From: an uncultured Gemmatimonadales bacterium
Lineage (GTDB): Bacteria > Gemmatimonadota > Gemmatimonadetes > Longimicrobiales > RSA9
Length of the DNA stretch: 64,000 bases
Assembly: GCA_963798845.1 (NCBI GenBank)
Contig: CAWCUS010000006.1
Coordinates: 96,001 to 160,000, forward strand
Direction: 5' to 3'
The notes beneath the pieces are model-generated. The model ran no database searches. It saw only the letters and a list, made by a program, of their open reading frames with translations, and was not told where the DNA came from. Position 1 is the stretch's first letter, and each line of letters begins with the position of its first letter. Position numbers and translations under genes: made by a program. Shown piece after piece: positions 9,539-19,116 of this stretch.

Positions 9539-10960
9539 TCAATCGAAGCACTCGCGCAGCAGCGCGAGGCCCTCCTCCATCCGTTCGATCTCGACGCCGC
9601 CGTAGCCGAGCATGAGCCCCGCGCGCGCGGCGTCGCCGAGGCTGAATCGGCTGAGCAGCTGCACCTGCACGCCGCGGTCGGCGGCGCGTTCCACCACGGC
9701 CTGCAGCGCGGGGACGTCCAGGCGAAGCGCCAGCGCGGACACGTGTAATCCGGCGTCCGCGGGGACCGGCGCGAGGTGCTCGGAGAAGTCGCGGCGCAGC
9801 ACGCGGAGCAGCAGCCGGTGGCGCCGCTCGTACACGCGGTTCATGCGCCGGATGTGGGTGGCGAATCCGCCATCGTCGATGAACGCGGCGAGGGCGCGCT
9901 GCATCAGCACCGGCGAGTGCCAGTCGGCGAGGAACTTGGCACGGCGCAGCGCCGTTCGGAGTGATGGCGGCGCGATGACGAAGCCGAGTCGCAGCGCGGG
10001 CAGCGTGGTCTTCGAGAACGACCCGACGTAGATGACGCGGCCGGTCTCGTCCAGCGTGCAGAGCGGCTCGATCGGCCTGCCCTGGATGCGGAACTCGCTG
10101 TCGTAGTCGTCCTCGACGATGGCCGCGCCCGTTCGTTCCGCCCACTCCAGCAGACGGAGCCGCCGCGGCAGCGACTGCGCCATCCCGAGCGGGTACTGAT
10201 GGGACGGCGTGGTGTAGAGCAGCCGGACGTCCTCGGGCAGTCCGTCCACCACCACCCCCTCGTCGTCCACCGGGGCAGTCACCACATCCAGCCCCAGCGA
10301 CTCGAACAGCCACGCGATAGGCGTGTAGCCGGGGTCCTCCATCGCCACGCGCTCACCCGGGGCCGCCAGCACGCGCGCCAGCACGTCCATCGCCTGCTGC
10401 GTGCCGTTCGTCACGAGGACGTCCTCCGCCGAGGCCACCACGCCTCGCGAGACGCCGACGTGGCGCACGATCGCCTGCCGCAGCGATGGCTCACCCTCCG
10501 GTGCGCCGTACTTCCCCGCCTCCGCGTCCGTCCGCCGCAGCTGCTGCCCCACCAGCCGCCGCCACGCCCCGTGAGGGAACAACGAGGCATCGGGAACCCC
10601 TGTGCGGAAATCGAAGCGCGCCTCACGCTCGAACCCGCTCCGCACCGGGAGCCTGTCCCATACCGCCCGGGGCCGCAGCGGACCCTCCTCGCCCGGCCGC
10701 GCCGGACCCCGCCCCCGCGCCACCTCAGCCGTCACGAACGTCCCGGCGCCGACCCGGGATTCCGCGAAGCCGCCCGCCCTCAGCCGGTCGTACGCCACGC
10801 TCACCGTCGTGCGCGACACGCTCAGCCGCCGCGCCAGCTCCCGCGTCGCCGGAAGCCGGTCTCCCGTCCGCAAACGCCCGTCCAGGATCGCCTGGCGAAG
10901 CTGACGGTAGATCTCGGAGGCCAGGTTGCGCCGGCCGACCAGACTGACGTGCACCTCCAT
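9539..10960 (-). CDS. MocR/GabR family regulator (GntR HTH + PLP aminotransferase domain)
   Basis: RLPATRELA..LSVSRTTV, TPSHQYP, IVEDDYDSEF and GSFSK motifs. Confidence 0.92.
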   Translation of the reverse strand: MEVHVSLVGRRNLASEIYRQLRQAILDGRLRTGDRLPATRELARRLSVSRTTVSVAYDRLRAGGFAESRVGAGTFVTAEVARGRGPARPGEEGPLRPRAVWDRLPVRSGFEREARFDFRTGVPDASLFPHGAWRRLVGQQLRRTDAEAGKYGAPEGEPSLRQAIVRHVGVSRGVVASAEDVLVTNGTQQAMDVLARVLAAPGERVAMEDPGYTPIAWLFESLGLDVVTAPVDDEGVVVDGLPEDVRLLYTTPSHQYPLGMAQSLPRRLRLLEWAERTGAAIVEDDYDSEFRIQGRPIEPLCTLDETGRVIYVGSFSKTTLPALRLGFVIAPPSLRTALRRAKFLADWHSPVLMQRALAAFIDDGGFATHIRRMNRVYERRHRLLLRVLRRDFSEHLAPVPADAGLHVSALALRLDVPALQAVVERAADRGVQVQLLSRFSLGDAARAGLMLGYGGVEIERMEEGLALLRECFD

Positions 10961-11359
10961 CGCTACTCCGGTCGCCTCCTCCACTCGGCGTCGTTCATCA
11001 TCAGGATCGGCCGGATCTCGATGGCCCCGCGGGCGCACGGCGTGTCCGAACGACAGCTCCACCACTTCGACTGGTAGCCACTCCTCCTCCCAGGTCCGGC
11101 TCCGTTCGAGGAAGCTAAGGAAACCCACCGGACCAGTGTAGGATCCAATTCCTGGACAATCGAGTGGTCCACTCCGCAACCGCCCCGGGACCCGGCGGAC
11201 CACGTTCGACGGGCCGAATTGGCCTCCTGACGCGGCGCGAACGCGTCCGTAGCTTGAATGCTATGCCCGCCGCCGGACCCGGCCGAGCCGCCCCGGACGA
11301 CTCGGCGCTGGCGGAGCTCCGCCCCGGCAACCGGGTGGGCCGGGCCACGGAAGGAAGCG

Positions 11360-11857
11360 ATGGCCGAAACAGGACGAACCTACGGGCGAGGATCTGCGTG
11401 GCGCGCGATCCTCGCCGCTGGCGGGCTGGCGGGCACGCTGGACATCGTGTTCGCGTGCGTCTTCTGGGCGCTGCGAGACGTGGCGCCGCAGCGGATCCTC
11501 CAGTCCGTCGCGGCCGGATTGCTGGGGCGGGCCAGCTTCGAGGGCGGGCCGGCCACGGCGGCGCTCGGCCTCGCGCTCCAGTACGTGATCTCGACGTCGA
11601 TGGCCGCGGCGTTCTGCCTCGTCTCGAGCCGGTGGACGGGGCTCCGGCGCCGGCCGCTGTGGAGCGGCGCCGCGTACGGTCTCCTTCTGTACGTCGTGAT
11701 GAACCAGGTGGTGGTGCCCCTTTCGGCGGCCAACCCGGGCTCCCGCGACCCGCTGTGGGTCTGGATGAGCGTCCTTGCCCACCTGGTGCTCGTGGGGATC
11801 CCCATCGCCCTGGTGTGCTCCCGGGGCGATGAAACACGGCGGCTCCGAACCCCGTAG
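11360..11857 (+). CDS. Uncharacterised 4-TM membrane protein
   Basis: AGTLDI...LQSVAAGLLG...VVPLS pattern; divergent from MocR. Confidence 0.7.
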   Translation: MAETGRTYGRGSAWRAILAAGGLAGTLDIVFACVFWALRDVAPQRILQSVAAGLLGRASFEGGPATAALGLALQYVISTSMAAAFCLVSSRWTGLRRRPLWSGAAYGLLLYVVMNQVVVPLSAANPGSRDPLWVWMSVLAHLVLVGIPIALVCSRGDETRRLRTP

Positions 11858-11892
11858 GGGCGGCCCACCACCCCGCACCCTGGAACAGCCCC

Positions 11893-14322
11893 GTGATCCC
11901 ACTCCTGCAGTCGTTCCGCTTCGCCGGCCGCTCTCTGGCGAAGCGGCCGGCCTTTACGGCCATCGCGGTCCTCTCCATCGCTCTCGGCGTCGGCTTCAAC
12001 ACGGCGATCGTCAGTGCGGCCAACGCGCTGCTGCTGCGCCCCGTCGCGGGGGTGCGCGACCCGGACCGGGTGGTGGAGGTGGGGCGGACCCAACATGGTG
12101 AGGGCTTCGACACGTTCGGCTACCCGGAGTTCGTGGCGTTCCGCGACGACGCCCGCACGCTGGACGCGGTGGGGGCGTGGACGTCGAGGCCCCTCAGCTT
12201 CGGGGGCCGCGACGGCGGCGAGCGGGTGAGCGGCATGGCCGTGTCGCCGGGCTATTTCCGCGCTCTGGGGGCGGTTGCCGCGCTGGGCAGGCTGTTCGGG
12301 AGCGAGGAGGGGGCGCGATCGGCGCCCGCCGTGGCGGTGGTGAGTCACGCGTTCTGGCGGGACCGTCTGGGCGGGGACGCCGACGTCGTCGGGTCCACGA
12401 TCGAGGTCAACCGGCAGCGGGTGACGGTGGTGGGCGTCGCCGAGCCGGGCTTCGGCGGGCACCTCCCCATGCTGGGAACGGACATCTGGCTCCCCATCAC
12501 CCGGTCCGACGTGGCGAACCCGAACTTCGAAGACGGCCTGTTCGACGGTCGTGGGGCGTCCTGGCTCATGATCCTGGCCCGGCTGGCGCCGGGCGCCACG
12601 GTGTCGCAGGCCGACGGCGAGGTCCGTGCGATGATGGCGAGCCTCGAGGCAGCGTATCCGGAGAGCAACACCGACCGTGGCGGCCGCGTGATCCCGCTGG
12701 GGCCGATCCCGGGAGGCGGGCGGTCCATGGTGCGGGCCTTCCTCGGCGTGCTGCTCGCGCTCGTCGCCCTGATCCTCCTCACCGCCGCCGCCAACGTAGC
12801 CGGCATGCTGCTCGCCAGCGCCGCTTCCCGGGAGAAGGAGATCGCGGTGCGCATGGCCCTCGGCGCGGGCCGTCTGCGCGTGGCGGGGCAGCTCGTGGCG
12901 GAATCCCTGCTGCTGTTCCTCGGCGGCGGCGTCGGAGGGTTCGCCCTCGCGTGGTGGGGGACGTCCCTGTTCACTCGCCTGCCACTCCCCTCCCCGCAGC
13001 CGATCCTCCTGGACCTGAGCCCCGACGCCGCGGTGCTCGGCTTCGCGCTCGGGGTGGCGCTCGCGACGGGGCTGGTCTTCGGCCTCCTCCCTGCGCTCCA
13101 GTCCACCCGCCCGGACCTGGTTCCGGCGCTCCGGACCGGCGGAGGCGCCGGCCTCCGCCGATCCGGGCTGCGGCGGGCGTTCGCCGCCGCCCAGGTGGGC
13201 GTGTCCCTCGTCCTCCTGGCGTCGGCCGGGCTGTTCCTCCGGTCGCTCCAGCACGCCGGCCGCGTGGACGCCCACTTCAGCGCCGGCGGCGTCGAAGTGG
13301 CGTCGTTGGACCTCGCACTGGACGGCTACGACGACGAGGCCGGTCCCGTGTTCCAGCGCGAGCTGCTCCGCCAGCTTCGCAGCGCACCGGGCGTGGACGC
13401 CGCCGCCCTGGCCATCGACCTGCCGATGGACCTTTCCGCCAACGGCACGCCCGTGTGGCCGGAAGGGTGGCGTGACCCGAATGGCAGGGGGCTGAGCGCG
13501 GACTTCAACGTGGTGTCGCCCGGCTACTTCGAGGCGCTCCGGATCCCCGTGCTGCGGGGGCGGGCGTTCTCGGAGGCGGACCGCGACGGCGCGCCGCTGA
13601 CGGTGATGATCAACGCGGCCATGGCGCGCGCGGTCTGGGGCGATCAGGACCCGGTGGGAAAGCGGCTGCGTTTCGGCGGCCCCGACAGCGAGCTCCGCAC
13701 CGTGGTGGGCGTGGTGCCGGACGTGAAGAACCAGACGCTGGGCGAGACGGTCGAGCCCATGACCTATCTCCCTCTGGGGCAGTATTACCGCTCTTCCGGC
13801 TACGTCCTGGTGCGTGGCCCCGGGATCGGCGCCCGGGAGCTCCGTGGCGCGGTCCTGGCTGCCGACCCGAAGCTGTCGCTGGGCCAGGTGCAGCCGCTCG
13901 AGGAGCTCGCTGGTGTCGGGCTCCTCCCCCAGCGCGTGGCCGCGGTCCTGTCCACCGCCCTCGGCGCCCTCGCCCTGTTCCTCGCCGTGCTCGGCGTGTA
14001 CGGCGTCGTCTCCTTCGCCGTCGCCCGGCGACGCCGCGAGATGGGGATCCGCACGGCGGTCGGGGCCACGGCCGGGGAGCTGGTCCGGCTGGTGGTGCGC
14101 GGTGGGCTCCGCGCCGCCGCTCCCGGCCTCGGGCTCGGGCTCCTCGCCGCACTGGCGGTCGGGCGCCTCGCCCGCGGGTTCCTGTTCGGCATCTCCCCCC
14201 TGGACCCGGTCACGTTCGGGGCGGTGGCCGCGGTCCTGCTGCTGGCGGTCGTGGCCGCGAGCTGGATCCCGGCGCGGCGCGCGGCTGCGCTGGATCCGGT
14301 GGAGGCGCTTCGGAGCGACTAG
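11893..14322 (+). CDS. ADOP-type duplicated ABC permease (2x MacB-PCD + FtsX)
   Basis: ALGVGFNTA, ANVAGMLLA..REKEIAVRMALGA, RRREMGIR and IPARRA..LDPVEALR motifs. Confidence 0.92.
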   Translation: MIPLLQSFRFAGRSLAKRPAFTAIAVLSIALGVGFNTAIVSAANALLLRPVAGVRDPDRVVEVGRTQHGEGFDTFGYPEFVAFRDDARTLDAVGAWTSRPLSFGGRDGGERVSGMAVSPGYFRALGAVAALGRLFGSEEGARSAPAVAVVSHAFWRDRLGGDADVVGSTIEVNRQRVTVVGVAEPGFGGHLPMLGTDIWLPITRSDVANPNFEDGLFDGRGASWLMILARLAPGATVSQADGEVRAMMASLEAAYPESNTDRGGRVIPLGPIPGGGRSMVRAFLGVLLALVALILLTAAANVAGMLLASAASREKEIAVRMALGAGRLRVAGQLVAESLLLFLGGGVGGFALAWWGTSLFTRLPLPSPQPILLDLSPDAAVLGFALGVALATGLVFGLLPALQSTRPDLVPALRTGGGAGLRRSGLRRAFAAAQVGVSLVLLASAGLFLRSLQHAGRVDAHFSAGGVEVASLDLALDGYDDEAGPVFQRELLRQLRSAPGVDAAALAIDLPMDLSANGTPVWPEGWRDPNGRGLSADFNVVSPGYFEALRIPVLRGRAFSEADRDGAPLTVMINAAMARAVWGDQDPVGKRLRFGGPDSELRTVVGVVPDVKNQTLGETVEPMTYLPLGQYYRSSGYVLVRGPGIGARELRGAVLAADPKLSLGQVQPLEELAGVGLLPQRVAAVLSTALGALALFLAVLGVYGVVSFAVARRRREMGIRTAVGATAGELVRLVVRGGLRAAAPGLGLGLLAALAVGRLARGFLFGISPLDPVTFGAVAAVLLLAVVAASWIPARRAAALDPVEALRSD

Positions 14323-14406
14323 GCTGCGGGTCGGGCGTTTGCGGCACCGCCGCGGCTGCCCGGGGCGGATCTCGCGGACACGATCGGGCGGTCCCGGGAT
14401 CCCCGC

Positions 14407-15534
14407 TCAGTGAACGGCCACCGGACCGGGGCTGGGGGGTGGCGCGCCCAGCACCTTCAACATGCGAACGTGGGACGCGATCGCCGCGAGAAGCGTCGGG
14501 TGGCTGTGGTACGGGATCCGGTGCTTCCGGGCGACTTCCTCCACGATCGGGCTGATCGCCGGATAGTGGATGCTGCAGACGCGCGGGAAAAGGTGGTGCT
14601 CGATCTGGAAATTGAGACCGCCCACGTACCAGCACAGGAGTCGATTGCCCCGTCCGAAATCGGAGGTCGTCTTCATCTCGTGGACGAGCCAGCTGTCCTC
14701 CATGAGGTCGTCGGACGGGGTCACGAAATGCTCCGGCCCCTCCACCACGTGAGCCAGCTGGAACACGAGTCCCAGAATGAGGCCGGCGGTGAGGTGCATC
14801 GCCAGCAACCCGATGGCGACCTGCCACCAGGCCAGGTCGAGCACCACCAGCGGGACCACGATGGTGTAGCCGTAGTACACCAGCTTCATCGCGATCAGCT
14901 TGGCCACCTCGCCTGTCGGATGCCGGATGTCCCGGTACGGTCCCAGGTCCTTCTGGAGCATGTACTTGTAGTCCTTGACGAACACCCAGAAGAGCGTCGA
15001 CAGGCTGTACGTCGCCAGGCCGTAGATGTGCTGGTAGCGGTGGATCCAGCGGTGCTCCGAGGTGGGCGAAAGGCGCAGGAGCGGCGACACTTCCAGGTCC
15101 TCGTCGATGCCCTGGATGTTGGTGTACGTGTGATGGATGATGTTGTGCGTGATCTTCCACAGGTAGCCGTTCGCGCCCATCAGATCGAAGCTGAGGCCCA
15201 GCCACGCATTGACCCGGCGGTTCGACGAGTAGGCACCGTGCAACGCGTCGTGGGCGATGCTGAAGCCGACTCCTGCCGTCCCCACGCCCATGAGCATCGC
15301 CAGGCCGAGCATCGACCACGGCGAGAACCAGCCGCTCAGGATGAGCGCGTAGGGGACGAACGTGAGCGCCAGAACCAGCACGGTCTTCCGGACCATGCGA
15401 CCGTCCGCCTTGTCCGAGATCCCGGACTCCTCGAAATACGCGCCCACACGCTGCTTCAGCTCGTGCATGAAGCTCTTCTCCGGATCGGTTGCGAACTTCA
15501 CCCGGCGGGTGGCAGAGCTGGCAGCTTCACTCAT
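14407..15534 (-). CDS. Membrane fatty acid (acyl-CoA) desaturase
   Basis: Three His boxes: HDALH, HNIIHH and QIEHHLFP. Confidence 0.92.
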   Translation of the reverse strand: MSEAASSATRRVKFATDPEKSFMHELKQRVGAYFEESGISDKADGRMVRKTVLVLALTFVPYALILSGWFSPWSMLGLAMLMGVGTAGVGFSIAHDALHGAYSSNRRVNAWLGLSFDLMGANGYLWKITHNIIHHTYTNIQGIDEDLEVSPLLRLSPTSEHRWIHRYQHIYGLATYSLSTLFWVFVKDYKYMLQKDLGPYRDIRHPTGEVAKLIAMKLVYYGYTIVVPLVVLDLAWWQVAIGLLAMHLTAGLILGLVFQLAHVVEGPEHFVTPSDDLMEDSWLVHEMKTTSDFGRGNRLLCWYVGGLNFQIEHHLFPRVCSIHYPAISPIVEEVARKHRIPYHSHPTLLAAIASHVRMLKVLGAPPPSPGPVAVH

Positions 15535-15802
15535 CTTCGTATGGGGCTAGGGGACGAGCCGGCGAGGTTCGGTCAATGAGGCATACCCGCCGCCGTACGA
15601 CTTGTGCCGGGGCTGTGCGCAGCGGACGACGCGCATCGGGAAGTCACCAGCCCCTCGTTCCCGCGCGGTGGGCTCCGGGTCGACCTCGTCGGGCGGCTGC
15701 CGGTACAGCCGCGGGCCGGATGGCGCGCGCGTCAGGGTTACTCCGTTCCTTCTTACAGCGGGGGCCCGTCCGGGGCGCCCGGACCCAGCCGCGGAGCCAA
15801 CC

Positions 15803-18800
15803 ATGTGCCGCAGAAGCCCCACGACCGTCCACCCTCCTTCGCTCCACACGCTTCACCGACTCGCCAGCATCGCTCTGATCGTCGGGGTGGGCGCGGCCGC
15901 GTGCGACCGGACGAGCACCGCCCCGCCCGAGGGGGGCCTCGCGCCGGACCTGCCGGCGGCGGCGATCACGCTCCCGGCCACCACGGTCGCCATCGCTCCG
16001 AACGGGACCTCCACCACGGGGGTCCCGTACATGACGCTGCCGACCGGCTTCTCAATCGTCGCCATCAACGATCACCACGTCGTGCTTGGGACCGGCATAT
16101 CCCCGAGCCACGGCTTCGACTCGCCCATGACCTGGAGCGGCGGCTCCACCCTGACCGACCTGATGCCCGTGAAGGTGTACGATGCGGGTGCGCGCGGGCA
16201 GGACATCAACAACGCGAACCTGGTGACCGGCTACGGCACCTCGGGGTCCGGCGTCACCGCCGCCTGGGTCTGGGACGGGGGGACCACGACCACGCTCCCC
16301 GACCCGCCGAACTTCCGCTCCAACTCCGAGGGCGCCGCGATCGGGGAGTCCGGGTCCGTCCTGGTCAAGTACGAGCGGAACAGCCCGTTCGGCGATGCGG
16401 CCGCCCTGCTCCCCCCGCCATACACGGCCACCGACTATACCGTCCCGGAGCTGCCGGCCGGAACCGACTACAATCTCATCGCGAGAGACTTCGCGGACGG
16501 CCTGGTGGTGGGGCAGTGGTCCGGCATGGCCTGGGTCTCCAGCGGGGGTGACGGCCCGGTGAATCTCATCACCGGGCTCGGCGCGGACGCCACCAACGGC
16601 ACGCTGGTCGCCGGTCGGGCCAGCTTCGATGGGAGCATCCATGCCGCCCTCCTCGACGTCCTCGGCGGGGCGCCCCAGGACCTCGGCACCCTCGGCGGGA
16701 GCTTCAGCGTCCCCACCGCCATGAACGCCAACGGCTGGATCGCAGGGTACGGCCCCCCGGCGGTCGGCGCCAACCACGGGTTCGCGTGGCGGCCGGCGGA
16801 CGGGCTCACGGACCTCGGGACGATCCCCGGCCACACCCTCAGCCAGGCGTACGACATCGACGTCCACGGCCACGTCCTGGGCTTCAGCCAGACCACGGCC
16901 GCGGACCGCGTGCCCGTGATCTGGTTCCCCTACGGCACAGCGACGAACCAGCCCCCGGACGTGGAGGTCATCGGCCCCCAGACCGCGCCGGCAGGCGTGG
17001 AATACGTGCTGGTCCCGGGCGTCACCGACCCCGAGGACGACCCGTTCACCATCTCGTGGAGCGGCGACATCCCGGCCGGCGCCGTCACCGACGGCTCCTT
17101 CACCTGGACCCCCGGGATCGACGACGTCGGTGCCTACACCATCACCGTCACGGCGACCCAGGACAGTGACCCGTCGCTCTTCGACAGCGAGACCTTCCTC
17201 CTGACCGTCGAGGCGCCGGAGCTGCCCGACGCCGACCTGTCGGTCTCGATCGCGCCCGCGGCCGCCGGCCCGTCTCTGATCGGGCAGGAAGCGGGATACG
17301 TGGCGACCATCCACAACGCCGGCCCGGATCCCGTCGTCCCCGAGCTCACCGTGGCCCTGGAGTTCCGGGACCAGTCGGCGTGGGGGGCGCACCCGACCGA
17401 GGCGATCATCAACGGCATCTTCTTCCTCGAGCTCCCGGAGCTCGCGGTCGGAGCATCTGCCGACGTGCCCCTCGGCGTCCAGTTCCTGGCGTTCGGCTCC
17501 CAGCAGGTGACCGCGACCGTCGGCGGGGCGTACAACGACGCGACGTCGACGAACGACGTGTCGAGCCTGCTCCAGGCCGTGGACCTCCCGCTCGACCACG
17601 CCGACCTCGAGCCGGCGGCGCTGGCGGTGCCCGGCACCGCGACGACCGACGGCGAGCCGCTGGTGGTGGTCGGCGTCCGGGTACCGGCCGCCCTCGTCGC
17701 AGGCACCGAGCCCGGCATGCCGGACATGTTCGTGCCGATCACCATGACCCCAACGCTGGTCCCGGGAGACCAGTACGTGCCGGGCGACCAGTACCTGCCG
17801 GGCGACCAGTACCTGCCGGGCGACATGTACGTGCCGGGTGACCAGTACGTCCCGGGCGACATGTACGTACCGGGTGACCAGTACGTGCCGGGCGACCAGT
17901 ACGTCCCGGGCGACCAGTACGTACCCGGCGATCAATACATCCCCGCACGCAACCTATGGGTCGCCGGGATCGCTCGCCTCTCGGACGGCACGACTCCCCC
18001 GGGCCGGGTGCTGCTCCAGGGCAGCGACGGGACCGACCTGCTGGTGTCCGCTCCGGGCGACACGGAGCTGACGGTCGGGATCCGGGACGACGGCGTGCTC
18101 GCCCTGGCGGCGTCGGGCGGCACCATGGACGCGTCGCTCCTGCTCTGCGGCGGCGATTTCGCCGTGTCCATGGGCGGCGGCGACGCGGGCTCGCTGGCGT
18201 GCGGCTCCCTCACGGTCGAGACGCTGGCGGGCGAGATCGTCGTGGAAACGCTGGACGGAACGCTGGTGGCGGTCGCCGCCGGCGCGGCCGTGAGGATCTT
18301 CGAGGCGGTGGGAGGCGGCTGGGAAGCTGAGATCCTCGCCGGCACCTCCGACGACGTGACCATCACTCCGCCGGCTTCGAACGCGCCACCGACAGCCGCG
18401 CCGGGCGGGCCCTACGTCGCCGCCATCGGGACGGCGCTCACCGTGGACGGGACCGGGTCGTCCGATCCCGATGGCGACGCCCTCACGTACGACTGGCACT
18501 TCGATGACGGGAGCGCCGGCGGCATCACGGCCACGGGGCCGACGCCGTCGCTGCCGATGCCGTCCGAGCCCGGGCTGTACACCCTGTCGCTCACGGTTGA
18601 GGACCCTGATGGCGCTTCGTCGACCGCGGCGACGGAGGTCGCCGTGTACGACCCCGACGGGGGCTCGGTGACCGGGGCCGGGTGGTTCGACTCGCCGCCG
18701 GGGGCCATGGCGGCCGATCCGACGGTGGAGGGCCGCGCCACGTTCGGCTTCCACGTCCGGTACAGGAAGGGCCGGTCCACGCCCGAAGGCCACGCGCGGC

Positions 18801-19042
18801 TCACCTTCCAGGCCGGCGACCTCGCCCTGGCGAGCGACCTGTTCGACTGGCTCGTCGTGGGTGGAAGCATGGCGCGTTTCCGGGGCGAGGGGTACCTGGA
18901 AGGCCGCGCCGATCCGGTTCGGTTCGAGATCATCGGCCGGGACCCTGACGAGCTCCGCGTCCGGATCTGGGACGCGGCGGGGGCGATCTACGACAGCGGC
19001 GACGTGGTGCTCGGCGGAGGGCGCATCGTGGTGAAGGACTGA
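15803..19042 (+). CDS. Large exported lipoprotein: HAF-like repeats, Ig-like, DUF11-like, PGDQY repeat and PKD domains
   Basis: Lipobox GAAAC; DLGTLGG/DLGTIPG repeats; TDPEDD..FTWTP; ADLSVSI..NAGP; PKD-like DGTGSSDPDGDALTYDW. Start codon uncertain. Confidence 0.85.
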   Translation: MCRRSPTTVHPPSLHTLHRLASIALIVGVGAAACDRTSTAPPEGGLAPDLPAAAITLPATTVAIAPNGTSTTGVPYMTLPTGFSIVAINDHHVVLGTGISPSHGFDSPMTWSGGSTLTDLMPVKVYDAGARGQDINNANLVTGYGTSGSGVTAAWVWDGGTTTTLPDPPNFRSNSEGAAIGESGSVLVKYERNSPFGDAAALLPPPYTATDYTVPELPAGTDYNLIARDFADGLVVGQWSGMAWVSSGGDGPVNLITGLGADATNGTLVAGRASFDGSIHAALLDVLGGAPQDLGTLGGSFSVPTAMNANGWIAGYGPPAVGANHGFAWRPADGLTDLGTIPGHTLSQAYDIDVHGHVLGFSQTTAADRVPVIWFPYGTATNQPPDVEVIGPQTAPAGVEYVLVPGVTDPEDDPFTISWSGDIPAGAVTDGSFTWTPGIDDVGAYTITVTATQDSDPSLFDSETFLLTVEAPELPDADLSVSIAPAAAGPSLIGQEAGYVATIHNAGPDPVVPELTVALEFRDQSAWGAHPTEAIINGIFFLELPELAVGASADVPLGVQFLAFGSQQVTATVGGAYNDATSTNDVSSLLQAVDLPLDHADLEPAALAVPGTATTDGEPLVVVGVRVPAALVAGTEPGMPDMFVPITMTPTLVPGDQYVPGDQYLPGDQYLPGDMYVPGDQYVPGDMYVPGDQYVPGDQYVPGDQYVPGDQYIPARNLWVAGIARLSDGTTPPGRVLLQGSDGTDLLVSAPGDTELTVGIRDDGVLALAASGGTMDASLLLCGGDFAVSMGGGDAGSLACGSLTVETLAGEIVVETLDGTLVAVAAGAAVRIFEAVGGGWEAEILAGTSDDVTITPPASNAPPTAAPGGPYVAAIGTALTVDGTGSSDPDGDALTYDWHFDDGSAGGITATGPTPSLPMPSEPGLYTLSLTVEDPDGASSTAATEVAVYDPDGGSVTGAGWFDSPPGAMAADPTVEGRATFGFHVRYRKGRSTPEGHARLTFQAGDLALASDLFDWLVVGGSMARFRGEGYLEGRADPVRFEIIGRDPDELRVRIWDAAGAIYDSGDVVLGGGRIVVKD
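17762..17941 (+). repeat. 10 x 18-bp coding tandem repeat, PGD[QM]Y[VLI]
   Basis: CCGGGCGACCAGTACGTG-like units with synonymous variation. Confidence 0.95.
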
Positions 19043-19059
19043 CCCCCGGATCGCCGTCG

Positions 19060-19102
19060 ACGCGCGGCCCGGCCGTCCTCTTCCGGCGGCCGGGCCGCGC
19101 GT
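19060..19102. terminator. 16-bp perfect stem hairpin between convergent genes
   Basis: ACGCGCGGCCCGGCCG ... CGGCCGGGCCGCGCGT; no U-tract. Confidence 0.55.
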
Positions 19103-19116
19103 GCGTCGAGGATCCC

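Noticed and set aside
11120..11175. GGACCA/GGACAA/GGTCCA repeats as a MocR operator
   Set aside because: Plausible position between divergent genes, but too short and degenerate to support.
17762..17941. 18-bp repeats as a non-coding array or DGR/CRISPR element
   Set aside because: In frame, with mostly third-position variation, no spacers and no reverse transcriptase.
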